Origin: Clostridia bacterium
GTDB lineage: Bacteria; Bacillota; Clostridia; Christensenellales; UBA1242
NCBI GenBank assembly: GCA_017478185.1
Contig: JAFVEA010000009.1
Span: forward strand, 5,264 to 69,263
Length of the DNA stretch: 64,000 nt
Reading direction: 5' to 3'
The notes below the pieces were generated by a model. The model searched no databases. It was not told the DNA's origin and worked only from the letters and a program-made list of their open reading frames with translations. Made by a program: the position numbers and the translations under genes. Shown piece after piece: positions 9,323 through 19,291 of the stretch. How positions within the stretch are numbered: the stretch's first letter is position 1; each line of letters opens with the position of its first letter.

Positions 9323-10018
9323 TTATTTCAAATATTTCATAAGGTCGGGCAAAACTTGGCTTCTCACTTTTGTTGCTTCATTCATAAATCTTGTGAAGTT
9401 TGTGTCAACAACTGCTGGTTCTTGCCTAGACATCTCTAAAAGCGAAATCCCCATTCTTGGGTTATAAAGCCCCGCAAACATTTGAGCAATAAAATATGCG
9501 ATGTCTTCTTCTTGAACATCATAGCGGTCTGCCATATATTCAATGTCTATGTTGGTGTCATCAACATATTCAAAAACAGGAGTTATAAACATTCTAAGTC
9601 TATCAACAGCAAGTTTGCTTCCGTTGGCTATTGCAAGCATTCCCCATTTGTGCGCCAATGTTAAGTTTGAAGGCAAAATGCCGTCAATCCCTTTTTTGTA
9701 TACATAACAAAGATAGTCCATTGCTGTAACATTGCCAGTTACTGCCATATCCAAAAGCTCAACAAAATAACTAATATACTTTTGATTAAACGCTTGCTCT
9801 TCCATAAACTTGCTGTTTTCTCGAAGCTCGGCAAACATTTCTTTTATTCCATTAAAAAGCTTTGTTTGGTCTTCATAAGACACATTTGTGTAGTCATCAA
9901 AATTAAATTTTGGGAGTTCATTTGTTCTTTCAGCCTCAGTTATTTTTCTTCTTTTTAAAACTGGCGCTTTTATTGAACTGATTTTGTTTTTTTGTTCTTC
10001 ATTTTTGTTTTCTGCCAT
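9323..10018 (-). CDS. Hypothetical cytoplasmic protein with one Sel1-like repeat
   Basis: 231 aa with a good SD (GAGGAG). MDYLCYVYKKGIDGILPSNLTLAHKWGMLAIANGSKLA resembles a Sel1/TPR-like repeat. Last gene of the 15956-9323 operon. Confidence 0.6.
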   Translation of the reverse strand: MAENKNEEQKNKISSIKAPVLKRRKITEAERTNELPKFNFDDYTNVSYEDQTKLFNGIKEMFAELRENSKFMEEQAFNQKYISYFVELLDMAVTGNVTAMDYLCYVYKKGIDGILPSNLTLAHKWGMLAIANGSKLAVDRLRMFITPVFEYVDDTNIDIEYMADRYDVQEEDIAYFIAQMFAGLYNPRMGISLLEMSRQEPAVVDTNFTRFMNEATKVRSQVLPDLMKYLK

Positions 10019-10038
10019 AATTTTTCTCCTCTTTTATA

Positions 10039-13000
10039 TTAGCTTCCGCTAGCTGTTTCGTTCACATTAAATCCTAACTGGCACTTTGCATTTATTTCAA
10101 TCACAAAATTTATTGAATTATCATTGTAATTATACCTAAACATATATAAAACAAGTTTTAAATCGCTTGAACCTTCAATTTTGGTGTTGATATTTGTATT
10201 TTCATCGCTAAACTCATAACTATTACTTGGTGGCCGGCAAGTTACACCAGTTTCTGTAACAAATACTAAGATATACTGGCTTAAATCTTCGTTTCCTCTA
10301 AATAATTTTGCTGTAATGTATCTTGGGCTTATATCATATTCAGTGCTATTATTATCGCTCATATCAACAGCCTTAATTAAATCTGAAATTTTAACAACAG
10401 TTTCACCTGATTTTAATTTTTTATCACTGCTATCAAAAACAAAAATATCTGTGCTTGATGTTTTATCTGTTATAACATAATTTGCGTTTGTGTTATCAAA
10501 AGTCAGTTTATAAGCATCAATAGCCTTTATTGTTGTTGTTTGCCCTGAAATTAAAGATGTTTTATAAACAAGATACAAATTGTTAATTTTACTTTGCCAC
10601 CCTTCATATAAATCGATATACAAATAGTCTTCAACTTTTCTTAATTTTATGTTGTCTGGCGTGCTAACAAGTGGATCGTTATTTTTATCAACGCCTCCAT
10701 AAGTTGAAAGAGTTAAAGGATCTTGTCCACTATAATTTATAATCTCATATTCATCTTGATAAGTTCCAGTTAATGTAACCCCTTCATTTCCATTCGCTTT
10801 TGTTATGTTTAATGTTCTATAAATTTTTGCTGGAATTTTAAATAAATAATGAGTATTTCCCACTAAAGGATCATAACCTATTTCTACTATTGGAGCACTT
10901 TCTGAAGAAGTTGGCTCAGTTGAAGAAGTGTTAATCCATTTTTGTGCTTGCATTTTAATTTCTTTTGAATTCCACCAAACCACATCGTCTGCCGTGTTAA
11001 ATTCGTCCCAATAATAAGTTGTAACACCACTTTCGGTTTGTGATTTAACAACATAATAGCCTTGTTCTAAATATTGTCTTGTTTCAACATAATTGCCGTT
11101 TATGTAATAAGTGGTGCCAGAAATTTCAAAACTGTTACTTGAAACTGGAATTGGATTTTCACTACCTTCAGCATAAATGTTTTTAGCCGGATTGCCTTCT
11201 ATAATCTCATCTTTTATTGTGTAAACAGTGCCACCAATGGCAAACATATTGTTATAAATTGGGGTTTTTGAGATTGTGATATAACCACTTTCTTCTGTGA
11301 AATAAGCAATTTTTCCAACATCACTTTCGGTCAAATATGGAGTTAAAGAATCTGTGGATTCATAAATACCTGAAATTTTTGCAACATCAACCTCAATTGC
11401 TTTTGCGTTAAAGCTTCCAAAAGATTCTTCGTTATTCACAATGTTTGCTGTTATATCAGAAGGGTTTGGCGTGAATATGATTTGAAGGCCAGAAGTTGTG
11501 TCGTCTTTTGTTATTGGGGCTATCGCGCTAGAGTTAGATACAACAGACCCTTCAGAAAAACTGATGCCAAATTGATTGTTTGCCCCTAAATTTGCTAATG
11601 CATTGCTTGAATTTGCCATAGCATAAACAATTTTTTGTTGATTTGAAGGAACTTCAATTGTTTCATTAAAACCTTGTTGAGAGGTTGCATCAAGTCTAAA
11701 CAAGTTTGAATACTTTCCACTTTCAGTGTCATAATTATAAAAGAATGCAAATTTTGTGAGTTGTTCAAAAACTTTAACTGAAACATTTATTTTTGGGGCA
11801 AACAAAACAACATAACAGTTTTCATAATCATTATCTTTTGTTAAATCACTAAAGTTTGTTGTTTCATCAAACAAAATAAATCCTGTGTTATCATCTGGAG
11901 TGAAGCGCTCATATTTATAATTTAGTGGAAAGCCTTGTTCATCACACAACACAAGTTTTGGAGAAATTGTTTCCGTTCCTTGGTTTTGCGCGCAAATGGC
12001 GTTTCCAAAAGTTTCTCCGTCTTTTGACACAATTTGCCCTGCTGTTGTGCATTTTATGGCTAGATTTGAAGTGCTGGTTTCTGGTGAGGTTTCAGATGAA
12101 TCTGAAGAATCTTCCTCAACGCTTGCTGTGCCCACTGATGTTTCATTTTTAGCTTTTACATCACTCAAGAAATAAACCCAATTGTTGTATGTTAATTCTT
12201 TGGTTACACTTACAGCTAAATAATCTTTAATTTCGCCTTGCTCTAAAACTTTATCTTCTGTGATTGTTCCACCAATAACCGCACTCAAAAAATCAGCAGA
12301 TTCTTTTGTGACCGTTGTGCTATGTTGTTGCTTCAAACTTAACTCATCTTGTGTTGGCAAAACTATTGATGAACTGATTGGAATTTTTATGGTTTTGCTT
12401 TCTTCAAATTTGTCATCAACAGAAATTTCTAAATAATATTCTTCATCACCAAACAAAAGTCTGTTTGCTTTGATAGTGAACTCACTAGAATTTTGGCTAC
12501 TTGAGGTTAAAGTTATGGCATCGGTATAGCTTTTGTTTGTGTCACCAAGTGATTGTATGTTAACTTGCCCAGACTCCTCTCCGTGATTGTTTGAAATTCT
12601 TGAGTTTAAGTTATATTGGCCAGCATAAGGGTTGTTGTGCTTATTATAAAACTTTGGAATGATTTCTATATCCAGATGAGTTAAGTTGTTTTCATTTTCT
12701 TTGTTTGCATAAAGAGTTTGTGTGCTGTTAACTGGAATGGTTATTTCTTTCATTTCGCCATTTTCTTTCATGCTGTCATTTTTTGACTTAATTGTTGCCA
12801 CTTCTGTTTGGGCTGATTGAACAAAAAATTGTGTTTTTATTGTGCTGTCACTGTTTAAAAGAACTTGAACCTCTGCTTCTATTTTTATTGTTCCCGGCTC
12901 GAAACTATTATTTTGGGTTTTATCTCTATCAATTTCCAACTTATTGTCTTCTTTAATTCTCGCTGTGTTTTGGTTTGTTTCAAAAAGGTTAAATTCAAAG

Positions 13001-14067
13001 TTTTTTATAGATTTTGAAAGTGGCATCAATGCATTTTCGGGGAATGTTTTTATGCTTAGCTTCAACTCTGTTCCTTCCAAAAAGTATTGTAGCTCCTCAA
13101 AAGTTAAATCATTGTTTTGTGCAAACTTAAGGTTGTTATCGTTATCTTTTATAACTGTGTAGAAATTTCCACTGGTGTAAGATACATTGTCAATGCTTAA
13201 TGTGGAATTTTCTTCATCTGTTTCATAATAAATTGTTGTTCCTAATGTTTTTTCGCTTCGAACGAATGAATCTAATTTAGTTTTTGAGGTGAATATGTGG
13301 TCATATTCAACATTTTGAGTTTTTGCAATTTTGTCTGTTAAATCAACATAATCTCCGTTATAATCATAACCCTCAACAGCAATTTTTGCACTTCTCACCG
13401 GAACATCAACTTTAACCTCAAGGTCTTTTGCAACAAAAAGCCCGTCTTCACTTCGAGCGTGAATATAACTCAAGCCACCTTTTATGTCTGTTTTATATTC
13501 ATAATTTTCAACTTCTTCTTCTAAGAAAAAGCTTTTTAAAGTTTCATCATCAAACGTGGTTGTTGCAAGCATTATGTATATTTTTTCATCAACTCTTGCT
13601 GTTAGTTTGTTTGTTTCAAGCCTAACATAGTGTTCTTCTTCAGTTTCTTCATCTTTAACTTTTTTAGGGTTTCCGTTTTCATCTTTTTCAACAAACCAAA
13701 TTGAAGTGGCATCAACTGGGGCTGCTTTAAAATTTTTGTATTCATTGTTTATGGTTAAAGTTATTTTTTTGGTTAAAACGTCTTGTTCACTTGCTTGCTC
13801 AGCTGGGGGTTGTTCTGTTCCTGCAACGCTAAATCCAATAATTTTTTGAATTTCTGTTGTTGAAATATTCATTGTGTTGTTTTGAGTTATAACTTCTGAA
13901 TCGGTATTCTCTGGAGCAACAAACACCAAAGCATCAATTTCTTTTTCTTTTTCTTTAAACCCAGTTACGCCCCAATAAATTCCAATAACAAGAGCCATAA
14001 CTGTAAAAATAGCAGTAAACGCATAGCCAATAATGGCTAGTGTGTTTAAAGTTCCGTCTTTAACCAT
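10039..14067 (-). CDS. Very large (1342 aa) N-terminally membrane-anchored surface protein, unknown function
   Basis: Single N-terminal TM helix (LAIIGYAFTAIFTVMALVIGIYWGV), then a long Asn/Thr/Ser/Glu-rich extracytoplasmic region. GGAGG SD. No recognisable domain or sortase signal. Confidence 0.8.
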   Translation of the reverse strand: MVKDGTLNTLAIIGYAFTAIFTVMALVIGIYWGVTGFKEKEKEIDALVFVAPENTDSEVITQNNTMNISTTEIQKIIGFSVAGTEQPPAEQASEQDVLTKKITLTINNEYKNFKAAPVDATSIWFVEKDENGNPKKVKDEETEEEHYVRLETNKLTARVDEKIYIMLATTTFDDETLKSFFLEEEVENYEYKTDIKGGLSYIHARSEDGLFVAKDLEVKVDVPVRSAKIAVEGYDYNGDYVDLTDKIAKTQNVEYDHIFTSKTKLDSFVRSEKTLGTTIYYETDEENSTLSIDNVSYTSGNFYTVIKDNDNNLKFAQNNDLTFEELQYFLEGTELKLSIKTFPENALMPLSKSIKNFEFNLFETNQNTARIKEDNKLEIDRDKTQNNSFEPGTIKIEAEVQVLLNSDSTIKTQFFVQSAQTEVATIKSKNDSMKENGEMKEITIPVNSTQTLYANKENENNLTHLDIEIIPKFYNKHNNPYAGQYNLNSRISNNHGEESGQVNIQSLGDTNKSYTDAITLTSSSQNSSEFTIKANRLLFGDEEYYLEISVDDKFEESKTIKIPISSSIVLPTQDELSLKQQHSTTVTKESADFLSAVIGGTITEDKVLEQGEIKDYLAVSVTKELTYNNWVYFLSDVKAKNETSVGTASVEEDSSDSSETSPETSTSNLAIKCTTAGQIVSKDGETFGNAICAQNQGTETISPKLVLCDEQGFPLNYKYERFTPDDNTGFILFDETTNFSDLTKDNDYENCYVVLFAPKINVSVKVFEQLTKFAFFYNYDTESGKYSNLFRLDATSQQGFNETIEVPSNQQKIVYAMANSSNALANLGANNQFGISFSEGSVVSNSSAIAPITKDDTTSGLQIIFTPNPSDITANIVNNEESFGSFNAKAIEVDVAKISGIYESTDSLTPYLTESDVGKIAYFTEESGYITISKTPIYNNMFAIGGTVYTIKDEIIEGNPAKNIYAEGSENPIPVSSNSFEISGTTYYINGNYVETRQYLEQGYYVVKSQTESGVTTYYWDEFNTADDVVWWNSKEIKMQAQKWINTSSTEPTSSESAPIVEIGYDPLVGNTHYLFKIPAKIYRTLNITKANGNEGVTLTGTYQDEYEIINYSGQDPLTLSTYGGVDKNNDPLVSTPDNIKLRKVEDYLYIDLYEGWQSKINNLYLVYKTSLISGQTTTIKAIDAYKLTFDNTNANYVITDKTSSTDIFVFDSSDKKLKSGETVVKISDLIKAVDMSDNNSTEYDISPRYITAKLFRGNEDLSQYILVFVTETGVTCRPPSNSYEFSDENTNINTKIEGSSDLKLVLYMFRYNYNDNSINFVIEINAKCQLGFNVNETASGS

Positions 14068-14105
14068 TTTTTCCTCCCATTTTAGTATGTTTTAACCAAG
14101 AGTTT

Positions 14106-15956
14106 TTATGCTTCCCAAACAATAACTGCTTCTTTTGTTAAAACACTATTTTTTAAAGTTATTTCCAGTTTTAGGTGTTCAAGCTTTTGCAAGCTTTCAA
14201 CAACAACATAATTTTCGTTTTTGATAACATTACTTTGAGCGCCTGCTTCCAAAACTTTTATGTTTTCAGCAAAAACATTAACTTTTTGATTGTTTGAATC
14301 AAATATAGAAATTTCTATCTCTATTTTATAAATGCCATCAATAATACAATTTGATATGTTTAAACCCAGTTCATAATTTGTGTTTATAACCTCAATTTCA
14401 TAAAAATAGCTTTGGTCTTTTATCCTTAAAGTTAACTCGCTTTTGCCCAAATTTATCGCTTCCACTTTTGTTCCACTCAATTCTAAAACATCACCAGTTA
14501 AAGCAATGTCATAATCCAAAAAACCATAAATTGGGTTAGCGTTTTTAGGGCAAAAATCAAAACTTTCACCAATTGATAAAGTTATTTTCTTGCCTTCTAT
14601 GGGTTCAAAACTTTCAATAAATACTTTTTCAACATCAAATTCAAACAATTTTGAAAACACTGAGCCGTCTAATGCTGTTAATTTTAATTTTAGGCTGGCA
14701 TCGCCACCTTCTATTGTTTCAAACTTTAAAAAGCCGTCAAAATTTTTGTTAACTTTTAAGTTAACAACTTCAGCATCAATGTCATTATAACAATTTGCAT
14801 CAAAATTGTCAAAGCAAATTAAACCATAAAAATACTTTTTGTCCTTTATTGCCTCTGCTTTTTTGTCTAGACTTGTGTCATCTATTTTGTATAATTTATA
14901 TTTTCCGCCCTTAGGCTCTAAGTTTGTTAATTTTGCTTCAGAAAGTTCGTTGTCATCACAATATTCTTTTGTCGATTTTATGGTTATGTCTTTTTCGCTA
15001 ACACGCTTATATATTAAAACATCCAAGCTGTTTGACTGCAAAACAAAATTGTTTTCTGAATCTTTTAAAATTATGGTTATGTTTGTTTCACCAAAATTTT
15101 TTAAAGTTAGTGGAATAATGGCTTGATTGTCACCATTATATTCAATTTGCCCAAAAATTTCAAAAAAGTTTTTGTCGTTTAAAGAAATATTATAATTTTT
15201 TAAGCTTCTTTCCCCAAAAAGTTTTATATAATAATTTGAGCTATCGCCACCATAAAAAAGTTCATATTTGTTTTGGCTGTTTGAAGTTAGCTCTTGTTTT
15301 TCACTATTTAAAACCAAAATTGAAGCACTTTGAACCCCTTCTTGAACAATAAGTTTTGCCCTTTGCGAAATAAAGGTATATTCGTTTTCTTGGCTGTTAT
15401 ATCCACTAACTGCTTTTATGATTAAATCACATTCTCCAACACCTTGTGGAATTATGTTTATGCCGTCAACTATGGCAACACTTTTGTTTGAAACCTCATA
15501 AGTTATGTTTAAGTTGTAATCTTTGTTGTTTATGGTTTTTATGTTTGGGTGAACCGAATTTTTGCCACTACCTTTTGAAAACACATAGCTATCTTGCAAA
15601 ATTATGCTTGTGGCATAGGCTGGGCTTAAAACTTTTATGTTAACGCTTTTTGTTTGTTTTTGAGAATTTTTATAATATGAAACTGAAATTTGGGTTTTGC
15701 CCTCTTGTTTTGCTGTTATTATGCCAGATTGAGTGTTATAATCAATGATGTTTTCATCCCAAGATGCTTCATAATTTGTGTTTGAACTTATCTTTAGCTC
15801 TTTTGTGCTGTTTTTTGTGTTTAACATCAAAATTATATCTTCATCATCAGAAAAATTGCAAAAAACTTTTTCATTTTGGCAACCAAAAAACATAATGCAA
15901 ACAAGCATTAAAAAACTTATAAACGCAAAATGCCCAAATAATAATTTTTTAGCCAA
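14106..15956 (-). CDS. Lipoprotein with bacterial Ig-like (Big_2-type) segments
   Basis: Signal peptide plus lipobox (MLVCIMFFGC). Segments such as ITAKQEGKTQISVSY, IIPQGVGECDLIIKAVS and VEAINLGKSELTLRI resemble Big_2. TTG start after an AGGA. Confidence 0.7.
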   Translation of the reverse strand: MAKKLLFGHFAFISFLMLVCIMFFGCQNEKVFCNFSDDEDIILMLNTKNSTKELKISSNTNYEASWDENIIDYNTQSGIITAKQEGKTQISVSYYKNSQKQTKSVNIKVLSPAYATSIILQDSYVFSKGSGKNSVHPNIKTINNKDYNLNITYEVSNKSVAIVDGINIIPQGVGECDLIIKAVSGYNSQENEYTFISQRAKLIVQEGVQSASILVLNSEKQELTSNSQNKYELFYGGDSSNYYIKLFGERSLKNYNISLNDKNFFEIFGQIEYNGDNQAIIPLTLKNFGETNITIILKDSENNFVLQSNSLDVLIYKRVSEKDITIKSTKEYCDDNELSEAKLTNLEPKGGKYKLYKIDDTSLDKKAEAIKDKKYFYGLICFDNFDANCYNDIDAEVVNLKVNKNFDGFLKFETIEGGDASLKLKLTALDGSVFSKLFEFDVEKVFIESFEPIEGKKITLSIGESFDFCPKNANPIYGFLDYDIALTGDVLELSGTKVEAINLGKSELTLRIKDQSYFYEIEVINTNYELGLNISNCIIDGIYKIEIEISIFDSNNQKVNVFAENIKVLEAGAQSNVIKNENYVVVESLQKLEHLKLEITLKNSVLTKEAVIVWEA

Positions 15957-16071
15957 GATTTTTTCCTTTGTTTAATTTTTAAAAATTATACATAACAACC
16001 CACACTTAGTCAATATGCTTTTAAAAAATTTGTAAATTTTTTATATAAAAAAAGTTTAGCATAAGCTAAAC

Positions 16072-16578
16072 TTAATTCTTTCTTCTTTCATCATAAATGT
16101 TATCTATTGCTATAACCAAGGCAACAACAAAAGCTTCTTCTGTTTCATCTTCAATTTCAGCAACATAACAATCTCTAAAAAAGTTATCTTTTAAATTTCT
16201 AATTATTTTTCCTATAACTTTTCCGTTTTTCACAATTTGCATTTCCAAATTTGGGAACTGAAAAACTGCCCCTGAAATTTCAATTTCATCACTATACCCT
16301 TTTAAAACAAACCTTCGCTTAAAATCAAAAAGTCCATTTGTGAGCATTGCAATTTTTTCTTTTTCATCATCAAGAATAAAACAACTTGAATTAAGAAAAT
16401 GCCAAAACTTGTTGCGAACAATATATTTTAGTTCGCCATCCATATCATAAATTCTCTTTTTTTGAGTCATTGTGAAAAACTTGCCTTTAACTCTAAAAAC
16501 TTTGTTGCCCTCTTCATCCAAAACAAAAGATGAACCTCTCATCGTTACCATTTTATTTTTTATAATTAGTTTTTTCAT
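16072..16578 (-). CDS. LURP-one-related / YxjI-family (tubby C-terminal-like fold) protein
   Basis: 168 aa. The pattern FVLDEEGNKVFRVKGKFF...KRIYDMDGELKYIVRNKF...RRFVLKG is typical of PF04525-type proteins. Confidence 0.55.
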   Translation of the reverse strand: MKKLIIKNKMVTMRGSSFVLDEEGNKVFRVKGKFFTMTQKKRIYDMDGELKYIVRNKFWHFLNSSCFILDDEKEKIAMLTNGLFDFKRRFVLKGYSDEIEISGAVFQFPNLEMQIVKNGKVIGKIIRNLKDNFFRDCYVAEIEDETEEAFVVALVIAIDNIYDERRKN

Positions 16579-16582
16579 ATTA

Positions 16583-17077
16583 TCACCTCAAAAAAATTAC
16601 CAAAAAAACAATAACAAAAATCAAAATCCAAGCCACGATTTTTGAATACTTTATTATCTTCTTTCTTTTTATCGCTGTTTTTGATTTTTCCAATTTGTTT
16701 TCAGTTTCTTTTATTTCTGCATTTGTGTTTAATATATTAACAGCTTTATCGCCCGATTTGTTAATAATTAAATCAATAAAATTGTCGCCATTTAGTTCCA
16801 CTTCTGCACTATACAAAATTTTTAATTGCCTATTTTCTTGTTTTAAGTCTAAAATCCCAAACAAACTCACAAAAAAATAAAGTATTTGCCACAACCACCA
16901 AAATTTTGTTTCTAACTCCAAAAATCTTGTTATAACTATTTTCATTGTTTCCTTTTCAGTTTCAACTGAATAACAATAATTTGAAAAATCGTTTTTTTCT
17001 GGCTCAAAAACTTCGCCATCAATTTCAACACACAAATTTTTTGGAGGAGATTTTATGGTTAATTTTAATCTGTTCAT
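16583..17077 (-). CDS. Hypothetical membrane protein (2 TM)
   Basis: Hydrophobic segments WWLWQILYFFVSLFGIL and IVAWILIFVIVFLVIFL. Start overlaps the upstream stop (ATGA). Confidence 0.6.
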   Translation of the reverse strand: MNRLKLTIKSPPKNLCVEIDGEVFEPEKNDFSNYCYSVETEKETMKIVITRFLELETKFWWLWQILYFFVSLFGILDLKQENRQLKILYSAEVELNGDNFIDLIINKSGDKAVNILNTNAEIKETENKLEKSKTAIKRKKIIKYSKIVAWILIFVIVFLVIFLR

Positions 17078-17574
17078 TTTATGGCACCTCCAACCGCTAA
17101 TATGAAGTCAACAACAAAAACCGCTATTGCTATGCCCAAAAAGGCATACCTTGTTGTGTGCTTTCCACTTTTTGAAAACTTTAGGCATAAAATCGCTCCA
17201 ACAGCAATCAAAATTCCGCAAGCACTAACATATGGGATTGATTGAAAAAGAGTGATGAAAAAATTTACAATACTGCTGTTACCATCCATAACAGCGGTTG
17301 CATATGACCATCCTTTTGCAACATTAGGGTTTGCATAAATTAACCCTAAAGAGCCAATCGTTATAACAAGCATAAACACTATTATTACAAAAGCAATAAA
17401 AAAGGCTATTAGTGTTGTTATAAATGAGCCAAAACTTACAATCAAACAATACGCCATAACAAAAAATGCCAAATTTGCCAAAACTTTGCCAAGATGTTTA
17501 ACATTCATTCTGGTTTGCATAACGCTTTTATAATCCACTTTTTTGGGCTGTTTTGCCTGTAATTCTTCTTCCAC
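17074..17574 (-). CDS. Hypothetical polytopic membrane protein (about 4 TM)
   Basis: GTG start 5 nt after GGAGGG, with four hydrophobic helices. Translationally coupled to the next gene. Confidence 0.6.
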   Translation of the reverse strand: MEEELQAKQPKKVDYKSVMQTRMNVKHLGKVLANLAFFVMAYCLIVSFGSFITTLIAFFIAFVIIVFMLVITIGSLGLIYANPNVAKGWSYATAVMDGNSSIVNFFITLFQSIPYVSACGILIAVGAILCLKFSKSGKHTTRYAFLGIAIAVFVVDFILAVGGAIK

Positions 17575-17762
17575 CTCTTCCCTCCTTTTTATTTTTGATT
17601 ATAACAAATATAAATTTATTAAGCAAATAATTTTAGTAGTAAAAATTTAAAACTATTTTGATTTTTGCATATTTTAATAATATAAATTTTGTGTTAATTT
17701 TTATATTTTATTTTAAAAATCAACAAAAAAACAAGATATTTTTTCATATTTTGTTTTTAAAA

Positions 17763-18683
17763 TTATTTTTTACTCTTTTTTTGTTTTTCTTCTGCTAAAG
17801 CTTCATTTTCAGCATCTTTTAAGGTGGCGCTTTCTTTTAAACTTGCAACCAAACCTGTGATGCCAGCAAGTTCTGTTGGAATAATTAATTTTGTTGATTG
17901 GCCATCAGCAATTTTTTGCATTGCTTCAAATCCTTTTAGCGTTAAATAAGCTTTGTCTGGCTTTGCGTCAATAATAAGTTTTATGGATTCAGACAAACCC
18001 TCAGCTTCTTTTATAAGAGCAAGCCTTTTTGCTTCTGCTCTTAAAATTGCAGCTTCTTTTTCACCTTCGGCAATCAAAATGTTGCTTTTCTTTTCACCTT
18101 CGGCAATCAAAATTGCTTCACGCCTTTCTCTTTCAGCACGCATCTGTTTTTCCATTGCGGTTTGAATGTCTTTTGGTGGCAAAATATTTTTAAGTTCAAC
18201 CCTATTTATCTTTATTCCCCAAGGGTCTGTTGCCTCATCCAAGATTGCTCTCATTTTTGTGTTAACTGTGTCACGAGAAGTTAGTGTTGCATCAAGTTCA
18301 AGTTCTCCAACCAAGTTCCTTAAGGTTGTTGCGGTTAAGTTTTCAATAGCTCCTATTGGGCGTTCAACCCCATAAGTATACATTTTTGGGTCAGTTACCT
18401 GAAAATATACAACGGTGTCTATTTGCATTGTTACATTATCTTTTGTGATAACTGGTTGTGGAGGAAAATCTGCAACTCTTTCTTTAAGTGTTATTGGAGG
18501 GCCTGCTGGTCTATCAAAAAATGGAACAATAAAATGTATGCCTGTGTCTAAAACTTTGTGGAACTTTCCTAATCTTTCTATAACTAGTGCTGTTGATTGG
18601 TGAACAATCTTTAAGCTTAAACTAAAGATTGCAATAACAAGTAAAATTAATATAACTATAACTACAACTGCAATTGTGCTCAT
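17763..18683 (-). CDS. SPFH/Band 7 (stomatin-like, slipin) family protein
   Basis: N-terminal TM, then VHQSTALVIERLGKFHKVL...VTKDNVTMQIDTVVYFQVTDP, and a coiled-coil EREA repeat region. Confidence 0.9.
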   Translation of the reverse strand: MSTIAVVVIVILILLVIAIFSLSLKIVHQSTALVIERLGKFHKVLDTGIHFIVPFFDRPAGPPITLKERVADFPPQPVITKDNVTMQIDTVVYFQVTDPKMYTYGVERPIGAIENLTATTLRNLVGELELDATLTSRDTVNTKMRAILDEATDPWGIKINRVELKNILPPKDIQTAMEKQMRAERERREAILIAEGEKKSNILIAEGEKEAAILRAEAKRLALIKEAEGLSESIKLIIDAKPDKAYLTLKGFEAMQKIADGQSTKLIIPTELAGITGLVASLKESATLKDAENEALAEEKQKKSKK

Positions 18684-19126
18684 TCATTTTCTCCTTTTTC
18701 TTCAAATTTTTTAACAATAAGTTTGTTGCCGTCAATTTTTGTAACAACAACTTTTTCTCCTGCTTTTATTTTTTGTTTTGAAATTGCCGTCCAAACAACT
18801 CCATTAACTTTTATGCTTCCTGCCTTTTCTTCATCAATTTCTTCTAAAAGCTTGTAAGTGCCGTTTAAAATGCTATCGACATTTGTTTTTGTTTTGTCTC
18901 CCTTTAAAAGGTATTTTATGCTAAATCTTCTTAAACATATCAGCAAAACAAGGGCCAGCACGCAGAACACCAAAACTTGAACCCAAATTATCACTCCACA
19001 AAGGTCTAAGATAATTGCCACAACTGATGAAAATGTAAACCAAATAGAAACCATTTGAAGAGATATAAGTTCTAATATTGTGCTCAAAATCAAAATCGCC
19101 AGCCAAATCCATACAAAATATGTCAT
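18680..19126 (-). CDS. NfeD-family membrane protein
   Basis: Three or four TM helices plus the C-terminal OB-like motif GSIKVNGVVWTAISKQKIKAGEKVVVTKIDGNKLIV. Overlaps the SPFH gene start, the classic NfeD-SPFH pair. ATG 19126 is better spaced from GGAGG than 19141. Confidence 0.85.
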   Translation of the reverse strand: MTYFVWIWLAILILSTILELISLQMVSIWFTFSSVVAIILDLCGVIIWVQVLVFCVLALVLLICLRRFSIKYLLKGDKTKTNVDSILNGTYKLLEEIDEEKAGSIKVNGVVWTAISKQKIKAGEKVVVTKIDGNKLIVKKFEEKGENE

Positions 19127-19291
19127 TATTCCATCCTCCAACTTTATTATAGAAAAAATTTAATTTTTAGTCAACAGATTACGCTATTTTATGCAAAAAT
19201 TTAACAAATTATTTGATTTTTCGCATAATTTGATGTTAAAATAAAAAAAGTGCTAATTTTTAACACTTATTAAAAATAAGGAGAATTTATT

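Noticed and set aside
9148-9342. A 64-aa ORF across repeat copy A. The ORFs at 33026-33235 and 33265-33531 across copy B are similar.
   Set aside because: They are read-throughs of GC-rich hairpin repeats, have no SD, and overlap terminators. They are typical spurious peptides generated by such repeats.
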